Positions 1 to 12,105 of a DNA stretch of 64,000 nucleotides are shown here, piece by piece. Position 1 is the first letter of the stretch; every line of letters starts with the position of its first letter. The stretch is from the NCBI RefSeq assembly GCF_018350175.1, contig NC_058368.1, forward strand, positions 226,550,001 to 226,614,000, written 5' to 3'. This stretch comes from Felis catus. Taxonomy: Eukaryota. The translations under genes were made by a program, and so were the position numbers. The notes under the pieces were generated by a model. The model worked only from the letters and a program-made list of their open reading frames with translations, was not told the DNA's origin and searched no databases.

Positions 1-1049
1 GCAAGCGAATAAGCCAGAAATATTTATTATTATACTTAAGTATTAGGAGCTATAAATAAATTATAAGCTAGTTTCTGAATATGAGCACCTATGATTTGGT
101 AGGATGCATGCAAAAATCAAGTAAACAGCAAAGCTTCATGTGACATTAATTAACTAACCAACATATAGGCCAGAGGATGTTAGGAAAAGTTGCAGAGGGA
201 AGTGATAGATAGCAATGCATGACTGACCAGAGGGTGGGCAGAATTGGATCTAAGCTGTTAAGGTCGGAGTCAGTATGACAGGCAAGGAGGAAGGGAGAAG
301 AAAGCCAACAGGCACAGGAAGGGGGTCGCTGTCACATCATCCTAATATAATAAATACGATGGGGACAAAACTGTCTGTGGCAAGCCAGGTATAAGCTGGC
401 TGCTTCAACTTGCCGCACATATACAGATGTTTGGGATCAGGTTCACACAAGCACAAAGTTCTCCTGTAAGACATGAGCCTAAAAAGAATCCCCGTGGGCA
501 GCCATTTCTTTGGCCAAAAGTCACACCGTCTGTAGAGTTCTCCTCTGCCGAGAGAACATTTGCCTCAAGAGAGATGTCCCAGGGAGAAATGATAAACAAA
601 AGAGCGTTAGCAATCCTGAAAGCTGTACACAAAAACATGGTTTTACAGTTTAGTGTCATCCTCTGTAGACAGTGCTGGATGGGATACATTTTGATGAGAT
701 GTGCACATTCTTAGAAATGCTGGCTGCTTTGTGAAAATACAATACGATCTTGTCGCTGGAGCAAATCTAGTCTGAGTACTCGAGCACAACTATTTACACT
801 CCTGAAGCACAGCTTTCGCAACGGGCAAACACTGAGGAATTAGAGATAACTGTGGAGTCTTAATAATGAGCTTGACCTTTACAGATTAAAAATCGTACTG
901 TCGCTGGCTGGAGAACAAACCACGGGCCACTGGCGAATGTTCTATAGTTAGTTCACTGGGTCATGTGGCACACTTAAATCGAAACAGATTCCAGGACATG
1001 ATGAAATATAAATTAAATGAATACATAGTGATGAGACACAGGTTTATAC

Positions 1050-1272
1050 CATGTTATCAGCAAGCTACAGCCCATGGGCCAAATCCGGTCTATTACTTAT
1101 TTTTATAAATAAAGTTTTATTGGAATGCAGCCATATCTGCTTATTTACATGTTGTCTCTGGCTGTTTTCTTGCTACATGACAGAGTTGAGTAGTTGCGAC
1201 AGAGACCATATGGCCCACAAAGCGTAAAATATTTACTATCCGGTCCTTCACAGAAAAGATGGCCAAGTCCTG
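1050..1272 (+). mobile_element. MER58A-like hAT-Charlie MITE
   Basis: Runs from TCAGCAAgCTACAGCCCATGGGCCAAATCC through AATAAAGTTTTATTGGAA and GAGTTGAGTAGTTGCGACAGAGACCATATGGCCCACAAAG, matching my recollection of the MER58A consensus. Confidence 0.85.
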
Positions 1273-1325
1273 GCCTCTGCTTTTAATTGTCAGGGCCTTC
1301 CTTAATTTCTCTTCCCGAAAATATG

Positions 1326-1838
1326 TGTGTTAGTTTCCTATTGCCACTGTAATATATTATCATAAATTAATTTACTTAAAAAAACAGAAATTTATTATCG
1401 TACAGTCTTGAAGGTCGTAAGTTCTAAAATCAAGGTGTCAGCAGATCTGCGTAACTTCTGGAAGCCCCAGGGGAGACCTCATTTCCTTGCCTTTTGTAGC
1501 CTCTAGAAGCCAACTGCATCCTTTGGCTTGTGGCCCCATCCTCCATTGTCAAGGCCAGCAATTCAATCTCTGCTCTGTTGTCATGGTGCCTTTATTTTCC
1601 TCTTTGCTCTTATTATTACATCTCTTTCTCAGAGTCCGACCCTCTTGCCTCTTTCTTAGTAATGACCCCTGTTACTACACTGAACAAAGCCAGGTAATCC
1701 AGAATAATCTCCCCATCTCAAGATCCTTGACTTAACTGTATCTGCAAAGTCCCTTTTCCCATGTAATTTACAATATTCATAGATTCCAGGAATTGGGATG
1801 GGGCCATCTTTGAGGGGACATTATTTGGTCTACCCCAA
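1326..1838 (-). mobile_element. MLT1 (MLT1C/D-like) MaLR solo LTR
   Basis: TGTGTTAGTTTCCTATTGCCACTGTAA...AAATCAAGGTGTCAGCAG...CCAGGTAATCCAGAATAATCTCCCCATCTCAAGATCCTT, typical reverse-oriented MLT1, about 510 bp. Confidence 0.85.
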
Positions 1839-2576
1839 TATGCAAAAGGATTTATTTTCCAAAAAGAGCATGAGTGCTTGAAAAACAAAACCAAAGGTGG
1901 TTAAGTATGCATAATACAGACTTAACATTCACCAAACCTTTTCCACACTTCTTAATTCTTATCAAACCTTTCTCTCTGAATCCTAAACTCTTTCCGTCAT
2001 CGTGTATTGCTGTCTCAGAACATCACGTCCTTACATGTGAATATTGACATATTTTTGTTCAGAACAACACAAAAATTTAATCAAAATTTATATCTACAGT
2101 TTCCTGGAAAAAAAAAAAAGAATCACTCTTTTGGTCTGCTTATCACCCTAACTTAGAAGAGACAAAAACTTCATTCACGTACCCCTAAAAGGCAGGGCAG
2201 GAAATAATGAATGCCACAAAATGTTAGGGGTAAACTTGCATTTGAAGATGGAGAAGCTGGGCATAGGAAGGAAGTTGGCAGGAAAGGCCTTAAGTAATGG
2301 CTGCCTGTGACAAGAGCTGAAGGAAAAGCATAGAAAGAAACTTGTGCAGGGATGTAGCAAGGGGTAACTATAGGTAGGAGCAAATCCTACAAGTTAGATG
2401 GGTCACAGGTTATGTGACCCATGGTGGATCACATAATGGTGGATGGCAAACCAATGTGGAAAGCCTCAAATTCTAGAGACTGTAGACAAGGTATAGATGC
2501 TCAAGATTTTCTGTCTGAGTAGATGCTGGACCAGAGCTGTGCTGATGTGATATTAGTCTCATTAAATTCATAGGAA

Positions 2577-2798
2577 GGGGTGCCTGGGTGGCTCAGTTGA
2601 TTAAGCGTCCGACTTCAGCTCAGGTCATGATCTTACAGTTTGTAGTTCTAGCCCCGCGTCGGGCTCTGTGCTGACAGCTTAGAGCTTGGAGCCCTGAGCT
2701 CCTTGGATTCTGCGTCTCCCTTTCTCTCTGCCCCAACCCTGTTCATGTTCTGTCTCTCTTTAAAAAATGAATAAACATTCAAAATAAATTTTTTTAAG
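2577..2798 (+). mobile_element. SINEC (carnivore tRNA-derived SINE)
   Basis: GGGGTGCCTGGGTGGCTCAG head, CT-rich segment, AATAAA tail; TSD AATTCATAGGAA/AATTTATAGGAA. Confidence 0.95.
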
Positions 2799-2844
2799 AA
2801 TTTATAGGAAAAAGGGAGGTCAGATAACATACAAAGGGAATACC

Positions 2845-3060
2845 TTTTTCTTCTGTCCCTTCCTTCTTTTCTTCCTTTCCTTTCCTTTCCTTTCCTTTCC
2901 TTTCCTTTCCTTTCCTTTCCTTTCCTTTCCTTTCCTTTCCTTTCCTTTCCTTTCCTTTCCTTTCCTTTCCTTTCCTTTCCTTTCTTTCCTTCCTTCCTTC
3001 CTTCCTTCCTTCCTTCCTTCCTTCCTTCCTTCCTTCGTTTCCCACCATCCCTCTCTCTTT
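2845..3060. repeat. (TTTCC)n/(TTCC)n polypyrimidine microsatellite
   Basis: Direct reading. Confidence 0.95.
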
Positions 3061-3128
3061 TAGTTTCTTTAGCTACCAGTACATGGCCTCTTGGCTTTGT
3101 GGGGATTTTCTTTCAAATCCTTATTTAA

Positions 3129-3278
3129 GGGGTGCCTGGGTGGCTCAGTTGGTTAAGCGTCCAACTTCAGCTCAGGTCATGAGCTCCTGGTTCCAGCCCC
3201 GCATCAGAATCTGCTGACAGCTCAGAGCCTGGAGTCTGTTTAAGATTCTGTATCTCTTCTCCCTCTCTCTGTCTCTTG

Positions 3279-3310
<32 letters not shown>

Positions 3311-3338
3311 AATAATGAAACATTAAAAAGTTTTTTAA
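3129..3338 (+). mobile_element. SINEC
   Basis: Canonical head, (CT)n, A-rich tail; imperfect TSD AAATCCTTATTTAA/AAAACCTGATTTAA. Confidence 0.95.
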
Positions 3339-3362
3339 AAACCTGATTTAAAATATAACAAT

Positions 3363-3467
3363 GGAGTGCTTGGGTGGCTCAGTTGGTTAAGCGTCTGACT
3401 CTTGATTTAGGTTAAGATCAAGCCCCTTGTGCAGCTTTGTGCCAACAGCGTGGAGCCTGCTTGGGAT

Positions 3468-3519
<52 letters not shown>

Positions 3520-3549
3520 GCCCCTGCTCATTCTGTCTCTCAAAAATAA

Positions 3550-3550
<1 letters not shown>
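3363..3550 (+). mobile_element. SINEC with internal deletion
   Basis: GGAGTGCTTGGGTGGCTCAG head, long (CT)n, AAAATAAA tail. Confidence 0.9.

Positions 3551-3552
<2 letters not shown>

Positions 3553-3592
<40 letters not shown>
3553..3592. repeat. (TG)n microsatellite
   Basis: Direct reading. Confidence 0.95.
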
Positions 3593-3596
<4 letters not shown>

Positions 3597-4881
3597 CAAC
3601 ACATGCTCTATGTGTGAACTTCCCACAAAAGAGACATGTAAAAAGCAACACACAAGTCATACAACAGGTAACTTCATGAATCATAAAAGGTGACCCACCC
3701 AAGACATGCATACATACACTCATCAAGAACGGAGCATTTCATTATGTCTATCCATGTCTATATCTGTGTCTGTCTGTCTGTCTATCTATCTATCTTTGGG
3801 GGTAAAAGAAAGGTAGAAGAAGCTAGGAAGATTTCTCCTAAGAATGAATTTGATGGAAGAACTGACAAAAGCATAAAGCAAACCAGAATCCTCCAGAGTT
3901 GTATTGATGAGAGAGTACTTCTGGCCACAGAAGAGGCAGGGCAAAGCTCAGAATTTCCCCAGGGTAGCCCTTCTTCTGAGTGTTCTGCTCTTCTCCAATT
4001 GTCTTGAGAATTTTCTGGCTACTCTTGAAAAGCATCTGATGGTAGATTAAGGACTTACACGAGCACAGGCACTGTTCATTTGCCAATCCATTCGACTGGC
4101 CTGGTGGGGACTAAAGGACTTCTAAAAGAAGTCTGAATTGAAATACTTCCATTACCAAGCTTACTCCAATCTTCAAAGATCAGTAGTGCATAAAGAAAAA
4201 CAGAGTAGCGTAGAACGTGAAAGAGAGAGGACACGAACAGAGGGAGAGAATAGGTGTCTCAAAGAACAAAGACTCAAAATGTACGTTATGAACTAGTTCA
4301 ACATTAAGTTGAAAAGGACAGGGCAATTAACATCTCAGGTCGCTAGATATGATATACACAGTGTTTCTTACGGAGACATGAAGCATAAATGCAAGTTTCA
4401 AGAGAAGTTCTCAGTAATATGAGGAAAGTAGGAGAATTTAAAATGTGCAGCCAATGCATTATTTCGTCACGATGAAAACCAGCCCTCAACTCCTCCCTCA
4501 CTTTCTAGTAGTTCTTTAAGGATCTGTTTCTTGAAGGCAGAGGGCAGTCTTAGATCCACGTTCTTCTGGGTAAGAATTCCAGGAGACACACAGCCGGCCA
4601 CAGATATTGGCTGCCTCTGGGATGTGGGGCAGCTTGTGGAGGAGGGGATGCAGGGTGCCAGTGTCACTAGGGGTGATGGACGTGTCTTCAGACCTTCCTG
4701 TCTCCCTCGGGCTCCATCCCCCAGGCAGAGAGATGCTTTCTCATCTCCGGCTTCTACCTCATCACACTCGAGAGGCACCTGTTACAGGATCCTGTGTACT
4801 CTTCCTTCAAATCTCATGCCCACCATCTGCTTGCCGTGTCCCCATTTCCATCATCTCTACTTACCTCAGAGCCTTACCACC

Positions 4882-5337
4882 TTTTTGGGGTCAAGCTGTG
4901 CCCCCTGGAAAGATATACTTAAGTCCTAACCTCCAGTATCTCAGTGTGACTTCTTTGAAAATTGTGGCAGATGTAATTAGTTAAACTAAGATGGGGTCAC
5001 ACGAGAGTAAGGTGGGCCCTTACTCCAACATGACTTGTGTCCACATAAGACGCCACAGACACACACAGAAAGGAGAGTACCACATGAGGACACTGCCACA
5101 GGAGGAGAGAATGCCCTGTGATGATGCAGGCAGAGATTGAATGCCGCGAGCCAAGAATGCCTGAAGCTACCAGAAGCTGGCAGAGGCGGGTAGAGATGTC
5201 CCTCTAGAGGTTTCGGAAGAGCGTGGCTCTGCAGACACCTTGATTTCAGGCTTGATCGTCCAGAATTGTGAGCCAGTAAATTTCCGTGGTCTTAAACAAC
5301 CCAATTTGTGCGATAGCAGGCCTCGGAAATGAATCCA
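4882..5337 (+). mobile_element. MLT1C-like solo LTR
   Basis: AAGTCCTAACCTCCAGTATCTCAG...GCAGATGTAATTAGTTAA...CCAGAAGCTGG...GACACCTTGATTTCAG...CCAGAATTGTGAG. Confidence 0.85.
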
Positions 5338-5512
5338 CCACCTTGTCTGCGTGTCTGACGCCACCCCGCGTGCTCAAGACGCGGCAAACTGGAAGAAAAC
5401 CCAACACTGCCTTCAAGGAGCTTACTTCCCACTGAGGAAAAGACAGACCAATATTCAAAATATTAGGGCTTCCCATGGGGATATCTACATGGAAAACAAT
5501 TAAAGTGAGTAC

Positions 5513-5524
5513 GTGTGTGTGCGT

Positions 5525-5568
<44 letters not shown>
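5513..5568. repeat. (TG)n microsatellite with TGCG interruptions
   Basis: Direct reading. Confidence 0.95.
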
Positions 5569-5569
<1 letters not shown>

Positions 5570-5584
5570 CATGAATCCAATTTA

Positions 5585-5995
5585 AGAGAACGTGGCCTAG
5601 GAAGACCTCACTGTGAGTGAAGACAGGAACACAGGAGAAACTGAACCATCTGAGGCCAAGAGGTGTCCGGGCAGGGCAAAGGTCCTGAGGTAGAAGCATT
5701 CCTGGCATTCTCCAGGAGGGGCAAGGAGATGAGCAGAGAGGAAGCAGGAGGCTGGGAGCAGAGAGTCCCTGACAGTATATGTGACGGGACTGTGTGTAGG
5801 GTCTGGTCTGTGTTGCCAGTATCCTTATACTAGCTCTACTCTGAGGGGGCTGGGGGGCCCCTAGGGGTTCTCAACAGAGGACCCACGTGACCAGATCACC
5901 CTGAGAAGTGGCTAAAGAGGGCAGCAGTGAAGTGTAGAGATGCCACGTGGGAGATTAGGGTAATAATGGCAGTGAGATGAGAGGGTTTAGCGCGG
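5585..5995 (-). mobile_element. L2 fragment (degraded)
   Basis: GGAAGACCTCACTG...GGCAAAGGTCCTGAGG...CCAGATCACCCTG, purine-rich antisense L2 signature. Confidence 0.55.
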
Positions 5996-6190
5996 GTGGC
6001 GGCAAAGACTACATAACGTTGTGAAGGGAGAGCTAATGGGGTATGAATCTGTAATGATGGCTTGGGACCACAACGTCAGGTCTTAACTGTCCGACAAGAC
6101 TGTAAGCTCCCTGTGGGCAGGCCTTAGTCTTCAGTGACCCCAGGGACTTCCTCTTACACAGAGCAGGGGCTGCATTTCCAACACATTCTT

Positions 6191-6415
6191 TTTTTAAAAA
6201 TTTTTTTTTAACGTTTATTTATTTTGGGGACAGAGAGAGACAGAGCATGAACGGGGGGAGGGGCAGAGAGAGAGAGGGAGACACAGAATCGGAAGCAGGC
6301 TCCAGGCTCTGAGCCATCAGCCCAGAGCCCGACGCGGGGCTCAAACTCACAGACCGCGAGATTGTGACCTGAGCCGAAGTCGGACGCTTAACCGACTGAG
6401 CCACCCAGGCGCCCC
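6191..6415 (-). mobile_element. Young SINEC_Fc-type element
   Basis: Close to consensus with CpGs retained; perfect 14-bp TSD TCCAACACATTCTT at 6177-6190 and 6416-6429. Confidence 0.97.
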
Positions 6416-7113
6416 TCCAACACATTCTTAATCAGATTCATTTACCAAGAAGGAACTAACCATGTCCAGAGACCCCATGCAAGTGTGGTTCCAGAGCACT
6501 TGCCATTTGAGTCGATGACCAAATATGTGACACGACGTTTCCTGGGACAACCCCCAACCTTTATCCCCTGTTCCACCCAACAGCACATAAGCTTATTGCT
6601 GTAAATTTAGCTGTATTCAATTATCCCAATAATAAGCACTGGACAATTCCTTAATTCCATATACTCTACTTGAAGCACTCTTTTGACTTGAAAACAAATT
6701 AAACCCAAAAGAAAAAAGACATGACTTGGAGAATTCATGAGAATAGAACTGAGAACAAAAGCATGTCAGATTACTGGCTTGGGTTGCTTTCAGTGAAAGA
6801 GGAAAAAAACGGACTCTTTTCTTCTGAGGATAACATCTCAGGGATTTATACAAATGGTCAGAGGATCTGGTAACTGACTGCTCATTCCCTGAAGCAAAAA
6901 TGAACTGGCAAAGAGAATTCTTCAGGATTGGGATGTCAGGCAACATGATATTGGGCATCGGCAACTGTCGGCACTTCGGTTAAGTTCCTTGAATGCTAAC
7001 GGTTGCGATTTCTAGCTACAGTGCTAGCAGTGAGCTTGAGGTAAGGGTACCCCTCTGCACCTGCTGAGACAAAGGGCAGAAAGAGTGGACCGAGCATTAC
7101 ACTCTCATTTGGG

Positions 7114-7313
7114 TTTTTTTTTAAGTTTATTTATTTTGAGAGAGAGAGAGAGAGAAAGAGAGAGAGCTCTAGCGAGGAGGGGCAGAGAGGGGGAGAGACA
7201 GAGAAACCCAAGCAGGGATTGGGGGATGGACTCACACCCGCGAACCACGAGATCATGACTTGAGTCGAAATCAAGAGTCAGATGCTTAACCAACTGAGCC
7301 ACCCAGGTGCCCC
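7114..7313 (-). mobile_element. SINEC
   Basis: T-rich tail, (GA)n, ends CTGAGCCACCCAGGTGCCCC. Confidence 0.95.
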
Positions 7314-7549
7314 ATGAAAACAAATTTTATTTGTTTCACACACAAATTGCAACCTGATCTACAAACGCCCTATCACCAATAATCCCCCTTTTAATTTCTT
7401 CTTCCTCCTTCTTTTTGTAGGAATTGAACCACATTTTGACGTAGGATGTGAAATGATATTGGAAAAGGAGCCTTACCTTAAAAGATTCATAGAACTTGGA
7501 ATACTGCCATGAACTAAACACAGATCACTGGGGCGTTACAATTTGTGGA

Positions 7550-7870
7550 CCACTGTATACAGCAGGCAGTAAGGGTCCAGGGGCTGAGAAGCAGCTGACG
7601 TAGGCACCAGGTCAGGAGGTTGAAAGGATGGTGAGAGCCGCGATGCGGACATGAGAGACGACAGGATAAAGGGCAGGTGTGAGAGAGGACAAAGAATGGA
7701 GTCATGGTCAGAAAGGGCAAATAGTGTAGACAAGGGTCCTGTGGCAAGTAAAGGAGGTGTAGGAGCAGGCTGAGAATGTCAGGATGGGTAAATAGTGAGG
7801 GATGAGGAAAAGCATTTGAGGTAGTTCAGTGTTCCAGGTCCACGTGATGTAAACTGAAGGCTTGAATTTG
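7550..7870 (-). mobile_element. Probable L2 fragment
   Basis: Reverse complement resembles the pyrimidine-rich L2 ORF region; heavily degraded. Confidence 0.35.
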
Positions 7871-7939
7871 GTACACGCAGCGGGTTTCCCATCACTGTAG
7901 GCTCGGTGTGTGAGGATTCTCACGTTTGTATCCTTAGCT

Positions 7940-8999
7940 CAGACGTTTCCTCTGAGATCCACACTCACATACCTGGCTCCCGACTGCTACCGGGTATCTC
8001 TGAGTTTGTCTGGCAGACATCTCAAACTTAACCTGTCCAGCACTAAACCCGTGTTTCCTAGCCTGGATGGGTATTGCCCCCCTCAGTAAGGAGACCCCCC
8101 CCTATCTACCCACTATTTCAATCAGAAACCTAGGAGTACTCTCTTCCACTTTTTTCCAACAGCAAATTCTTTCATCCAACCTCACATCCTTCCATACCTG
8201 GTTTTCTTCACTGCTGCTACCTTGGTAGCAAGGTCGCCATCTTTTTTTAAATTTTTATTGACTTCCTTATTTTTTGGATGAACTATGAAAGCAAATGCCC
8301 ACTCCCGTTCTGGTGTACCACAATCCATTCTCCACATCTGAGCAAGAAGGAATGTTTAAAGAGGGGAGAGGGGCCAAGAGAGGCGGGGAGAGAGAGAGAA
8401 TCCCAAGCAGGCTCTGCCCTGTCAGCTCAGAGCCCAACGCAGAGTTTGAATTCACGAACCACGAGATCATGACCTGAGCCGAAATCAAGAGTTGGACGCT
8501 TAACCAACTGAGCCACCCAGGGGCCCCAAGAATGAATTTTTATAATGTTATTATATTTTGTGCCTCACAGTACACTCGTGTACCATATGCCATCTTCATC
8601 CACACCCTTCAGTACCTGCCTCCTTCTTCACCACCATCTGGAAGCTCTCTTGGTGACTGAGTTCCATAATGCCTTTGGACCCTGGGGCTTCTGGACGCAC
8701 ATTTCCCTCTGCCTGTAATGTTCTTCACAGAGCCGGTTCCTTCTCATCCTTCAAGTTCAGCTTAAATGTTCCGTTTTTCTAGTTCACTTTCTTTGTGAGT
8801 AGCTATTACGTTGGTCTCTATCTCCATGTGCCATTTTTTTTTTCAAAATGTAACATTTTTCATTACTTGGTTTCTGACGGTTTTCCCCATTAGATTATAA
8901 GTTTCATTGGGGCAAGACCTCCATTTATTTTATTCACTATTGACTTCGCAGCCCCTGATATACTGCCTTGAACACAGAAACACTCAAAGATTTGTTGCA

Positions 9000-9010
<11 letters not shown>
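7940..9010 (+). mobile_element. L2 3' region, interrupted by a SINE
   Basis: CATCTCAAACTTAACCTGTCCA, CAATCCATTCTCCACA, TTCCCTCTGCCTGTAATGTTCTT, TAGATTATAAGTTTCATTGGGGCAAG; ends CACTCAAAGATTTGTTG followed by (AAAT)n. Confidence 0.75.
8352..8527 (-). mobile_element. SINEC with shortened 3' tail
   Basis: GAGAGAATCCCAAGCAGGCTC...CTGAGCCACCCAGGGGCCCC. Confidence 0.9.
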
Positions 9011-9030
<20 letters not shown>

Positions 9031-9068
9031 ATGAATGAATAAACAAACAAACAAAGAAACAAACAAAC
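9000..9068. repeat. (AAAT)n/(AAAC)n microsatellite at the L2 tail
   Basis: Direct reading. Confidence 0.9.
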
Positions 9069-10359
9069 CACTGACATCAAAGTCTGTTGGGGGAAAATTC
9101 TTGTTTATATTATTGTCCTACTTTGAATATTGAGGACAATGATTTCAGTCATTATTTGGACAATTAAAATATGACTGTCCTGAGGTAATTTCCCATTGTG
9201 ATCTCAAATTATTACTGCTCCTTAATCTTTCGCCAATCTGCCTCCAGAATGTAAACTCTTTAATGGCGATGACCATATCCTTAAGTTCATTCATTCCCTC
9301 GGCGAATGAGAGGCAGACACTTTTTGAGGGGCTGCAGATACAGAGCCATACAAGACAGGCGTGATGCTCACCCTCAGGAGAGCATGGGTCACCCTCACGT
9401 TCATTAATTTAATCTAAATCAGCATCTTTTGCACCAAGGCGAAAGGAATAGGATAGTAAAGAAAGAGAAATCCCTGTCCTAGTGATCTCACATTCTTATG
9501 TACGTGAACTTAAGTATGTTTGTTATAAAACTCAGTCTCTAACACTGAGATCATCTGTATGTATCTCTGGATTGACCTCAAAACAATGTTAAGTTCGGAA
9601 GGAGTAAGATAGGGATGAATTTATGGAAATTCAATGCAATGCTTCTTGAGATCACAGAGAACTGGCAGAAGACAAAGTCAGAGGATGGGGCCACTCTGCA
9701 TCCTGGGTGCCGTCATTCTTTTAATCCACTTAAACCAGGTAAAAATTGCCCAAATAACTTCTTGACATAATGCAACCCACCAACCTGAATGAACTGTCTA
9801 TGCATCGAAATCTGCTTTTTGTCTGCACTAATTACCGGGGTTCAAGCAAGAGGGAAGAAACGCATGCCCGGAGGTAAGAAAGGAGGCGAGGGGAAGGAGA
9901 CTGCCCAGCCCAAGCCCTGCCCTTCATGTGCTCTAGCAACACACGCCACATCTCAGCCCTGTGATTTCACTCACAAGGTATTTTAAATAGTTTAGTATGT
10001 TGCATCGTCAAATGACAAAGAGCATTCTGGAATTAAAAAATAAATAAAAACATTCAGCCTAGGCTCCAGGAGAATTTAACTCCGACTGAGAGATGAAACA
10101 GAAGACATACTGTAGGTCTTGACCAGGACACTAGAGATAGGAACTGGAGAAGTCGCAGGATTTGAATCCAATTCTTGGATTTGATATCACCACTTGGGGT
10201 TCTGCGTCATAGTTCTTTTCTACAATTGTCTTTCAGAAGCCCTGTGTCAAAAGCTAAGGTTCTACCTGAAATCTGAGAAACCTTTTTTTTACCTCAAAGA
10301 ATTACCTTATATTCCAAGGTCAAAATAAATAGACTGTACATTCAGTAATTAACACACAT

Positions 10360-10363
10360 GAAA

Positions 10364-10416
<53 letters not shown>

Positions 10417-10449
10417 AAAAGAAAGAAAGAAAGAAAGAAAGAGGAAGAA

Positions 10450-10485
<36 letters not shown>

Positions 10486-10495
10486 AAAGAAAGAA

Positions 10496-10541
<46 letters not shown>

Positions 10542-10542
10542 A

Positions 10543-10590
<48 letters not shown>

Positions 10591-10671
10591 GGAAAGGGAG
10601 GGGAGGGGAGGGGAGGGGAGGGGAGGGGAGGGGAGGGGAGGGGAGGGGAGGGGAGGGGAGGGAAGGGAAGA
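10360..10671. repeat. (GAAA)n plus (GGGGA)n homopurine tract
   Basis: About 310 bp containing only A and G. Confidence 0.97.
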
Positions 10672-10714
10672 ATTCTGTCTTGAATTACAGAACCTCAGGT
10701 CTTTGACTATCAAA

Positions 10715-10845
10715 GTTAGAGGGGCCATTGTCCCAGTTCCTCATTTTATACATGAAGGAACTGAGATCTTGAGAGACCAAAGGATTTCCCCAAGGCATCA
10801 TGTTGATGAGCAGCACAGGCACAATTTAAATTTGGTGACTTGAAG
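10715..10845 (-). mobile_element. MIR fragment
   Basis: CCTCATTTTATACATGAAGGAACTGAG...CCCAAGG, MIR core. Confidence 0.65.
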
Positions 10846-11359
10846 AGTGACCTCTTCACTTTTCCAGGACGAGCTGCTGTCTTCCTCATCTGGTTCCTCT
10901 CTGGCTAGTTGTCACTGCCCTCAGATCACATTTTGCCCGAACCACCAGGGGCAGCAGAAGGAGCAGGAATCCAGGCCACTGGAGAGGGATCATGGAGGAG
11001 TCGAGTTTAGTGCTGTGCCAGCCTGTGACTCCAAGCTGAAGCACAGACACCAGGATCCACCAGTGCCTGCGTGTGACCTTGTTTGTCTGCTCTGGACATT
11101 ACAGGCTGGCGGTATCCTTGCGCCATGGGGGGAATATGATTGTATTTGTTATTTTGTCTTCTTAACACTGTGCACTTTTTCAGCGACAGTGAGGTCATTT
11201 TCATGTAGGAGACTGAACTGGACACTGTATTATTTTTAAAATTATACTGTTAAAAATAAAAGTCCAATACTCCACTTTTGAATCAACGGGGCCACACCTT
11301 TCAAAATTAGCACCTCCTTATTGTCACCGAGATTCTGGCCTCACCGCTTACCAAAACGT

Positions 11360-12013
11360 TTCTGACCTCGTGAAATCCACAAGACACACGGTCTGTTGAA
11401 GAAGGGTCAGTAACTGCTATCAAAGGTCAGCAGTTATTTTAGGGAGACTGTGCCTAGAATTGACCATTCAACATGCGAAGCTATGAAAGGTGAATTTACA
11501 TGTCAGTCCATGATCCATCACTTTCCATTTAGATCAATCGATGCTTTGCTACATTAATTTTGCTTGTTTTTCAATTCCAAGTTGTATTATGGGTATACAA
11601 AACGTAAAGCAGTAACCCCCGATATACTGGCTCCATTAGCACAAGAACTCCCTCAGAGTTGAATGATGCTAATTTTATGTCAATATTAGTAGATGTTTCA
11701 CATGCACCATAAAGTTAATTCCAACAATAATTTGGCTTTTGTCATCCAATTCATAGAGTCAAAGCAAACTTTTGGAAATTCATTCTTTTGGAGGTGAAAA
11801 AACTGACATTATTGTGGACGACCATTGCGAACTCAGTTTAAAATTTATGGGGGCACTTGGGGGGCTCAGTCGGTTAAGCATCCCACCCTTGGTTTCGGCT
11901 CAGGTCATGATCTCATGGTTTGTGGGTTTGAGCCCCACATCAGGTGCTGCGCTGACAGTGTGGGGCCTGCTTGGGATTCTCTCTCCCTCTCCCTCTGCCC
12001 CTCCCCCTGCTTG

Positions 12014-12049
<36 letters not shown>

Positions 12050-12105
12050 ATAAATAAATAAACTTTAAAAAAAGAAAATAAGATGTTAACATTATAAATA
12101 AAATG
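11360..12105 (+). mobile_element. hAT transposase remnant, Blackjack-like, interrupted by a SINE
   Basis: Frameshifted reading KLIPTII...HPIH..K..LLEIHSFGGEKTDIIVD resembles my recollection of the Blackjack transposase (KLIPIMVRFFHPIHGIKVKLLEVHSVEGETSDIIVN). Confidence 0.65.
11849..12080 (+). mobile_element. SINEC
   Basis: Canonical head, (CT)n, (AATA)n tail. Confidence 0.95.

Noticed and set aside
6617..6964. 115-aa minus ORF
   Set aside because: No recognisable homology or exon structure.
10342..10843. Long Lys/Glu/Arg-rich and Phe/Ser-rich ORFs
   Set aside because: These are translations of (GAAA)n/(GGGGA)n microsatellites; the same applies at 2794-3048 and 15963-16216.
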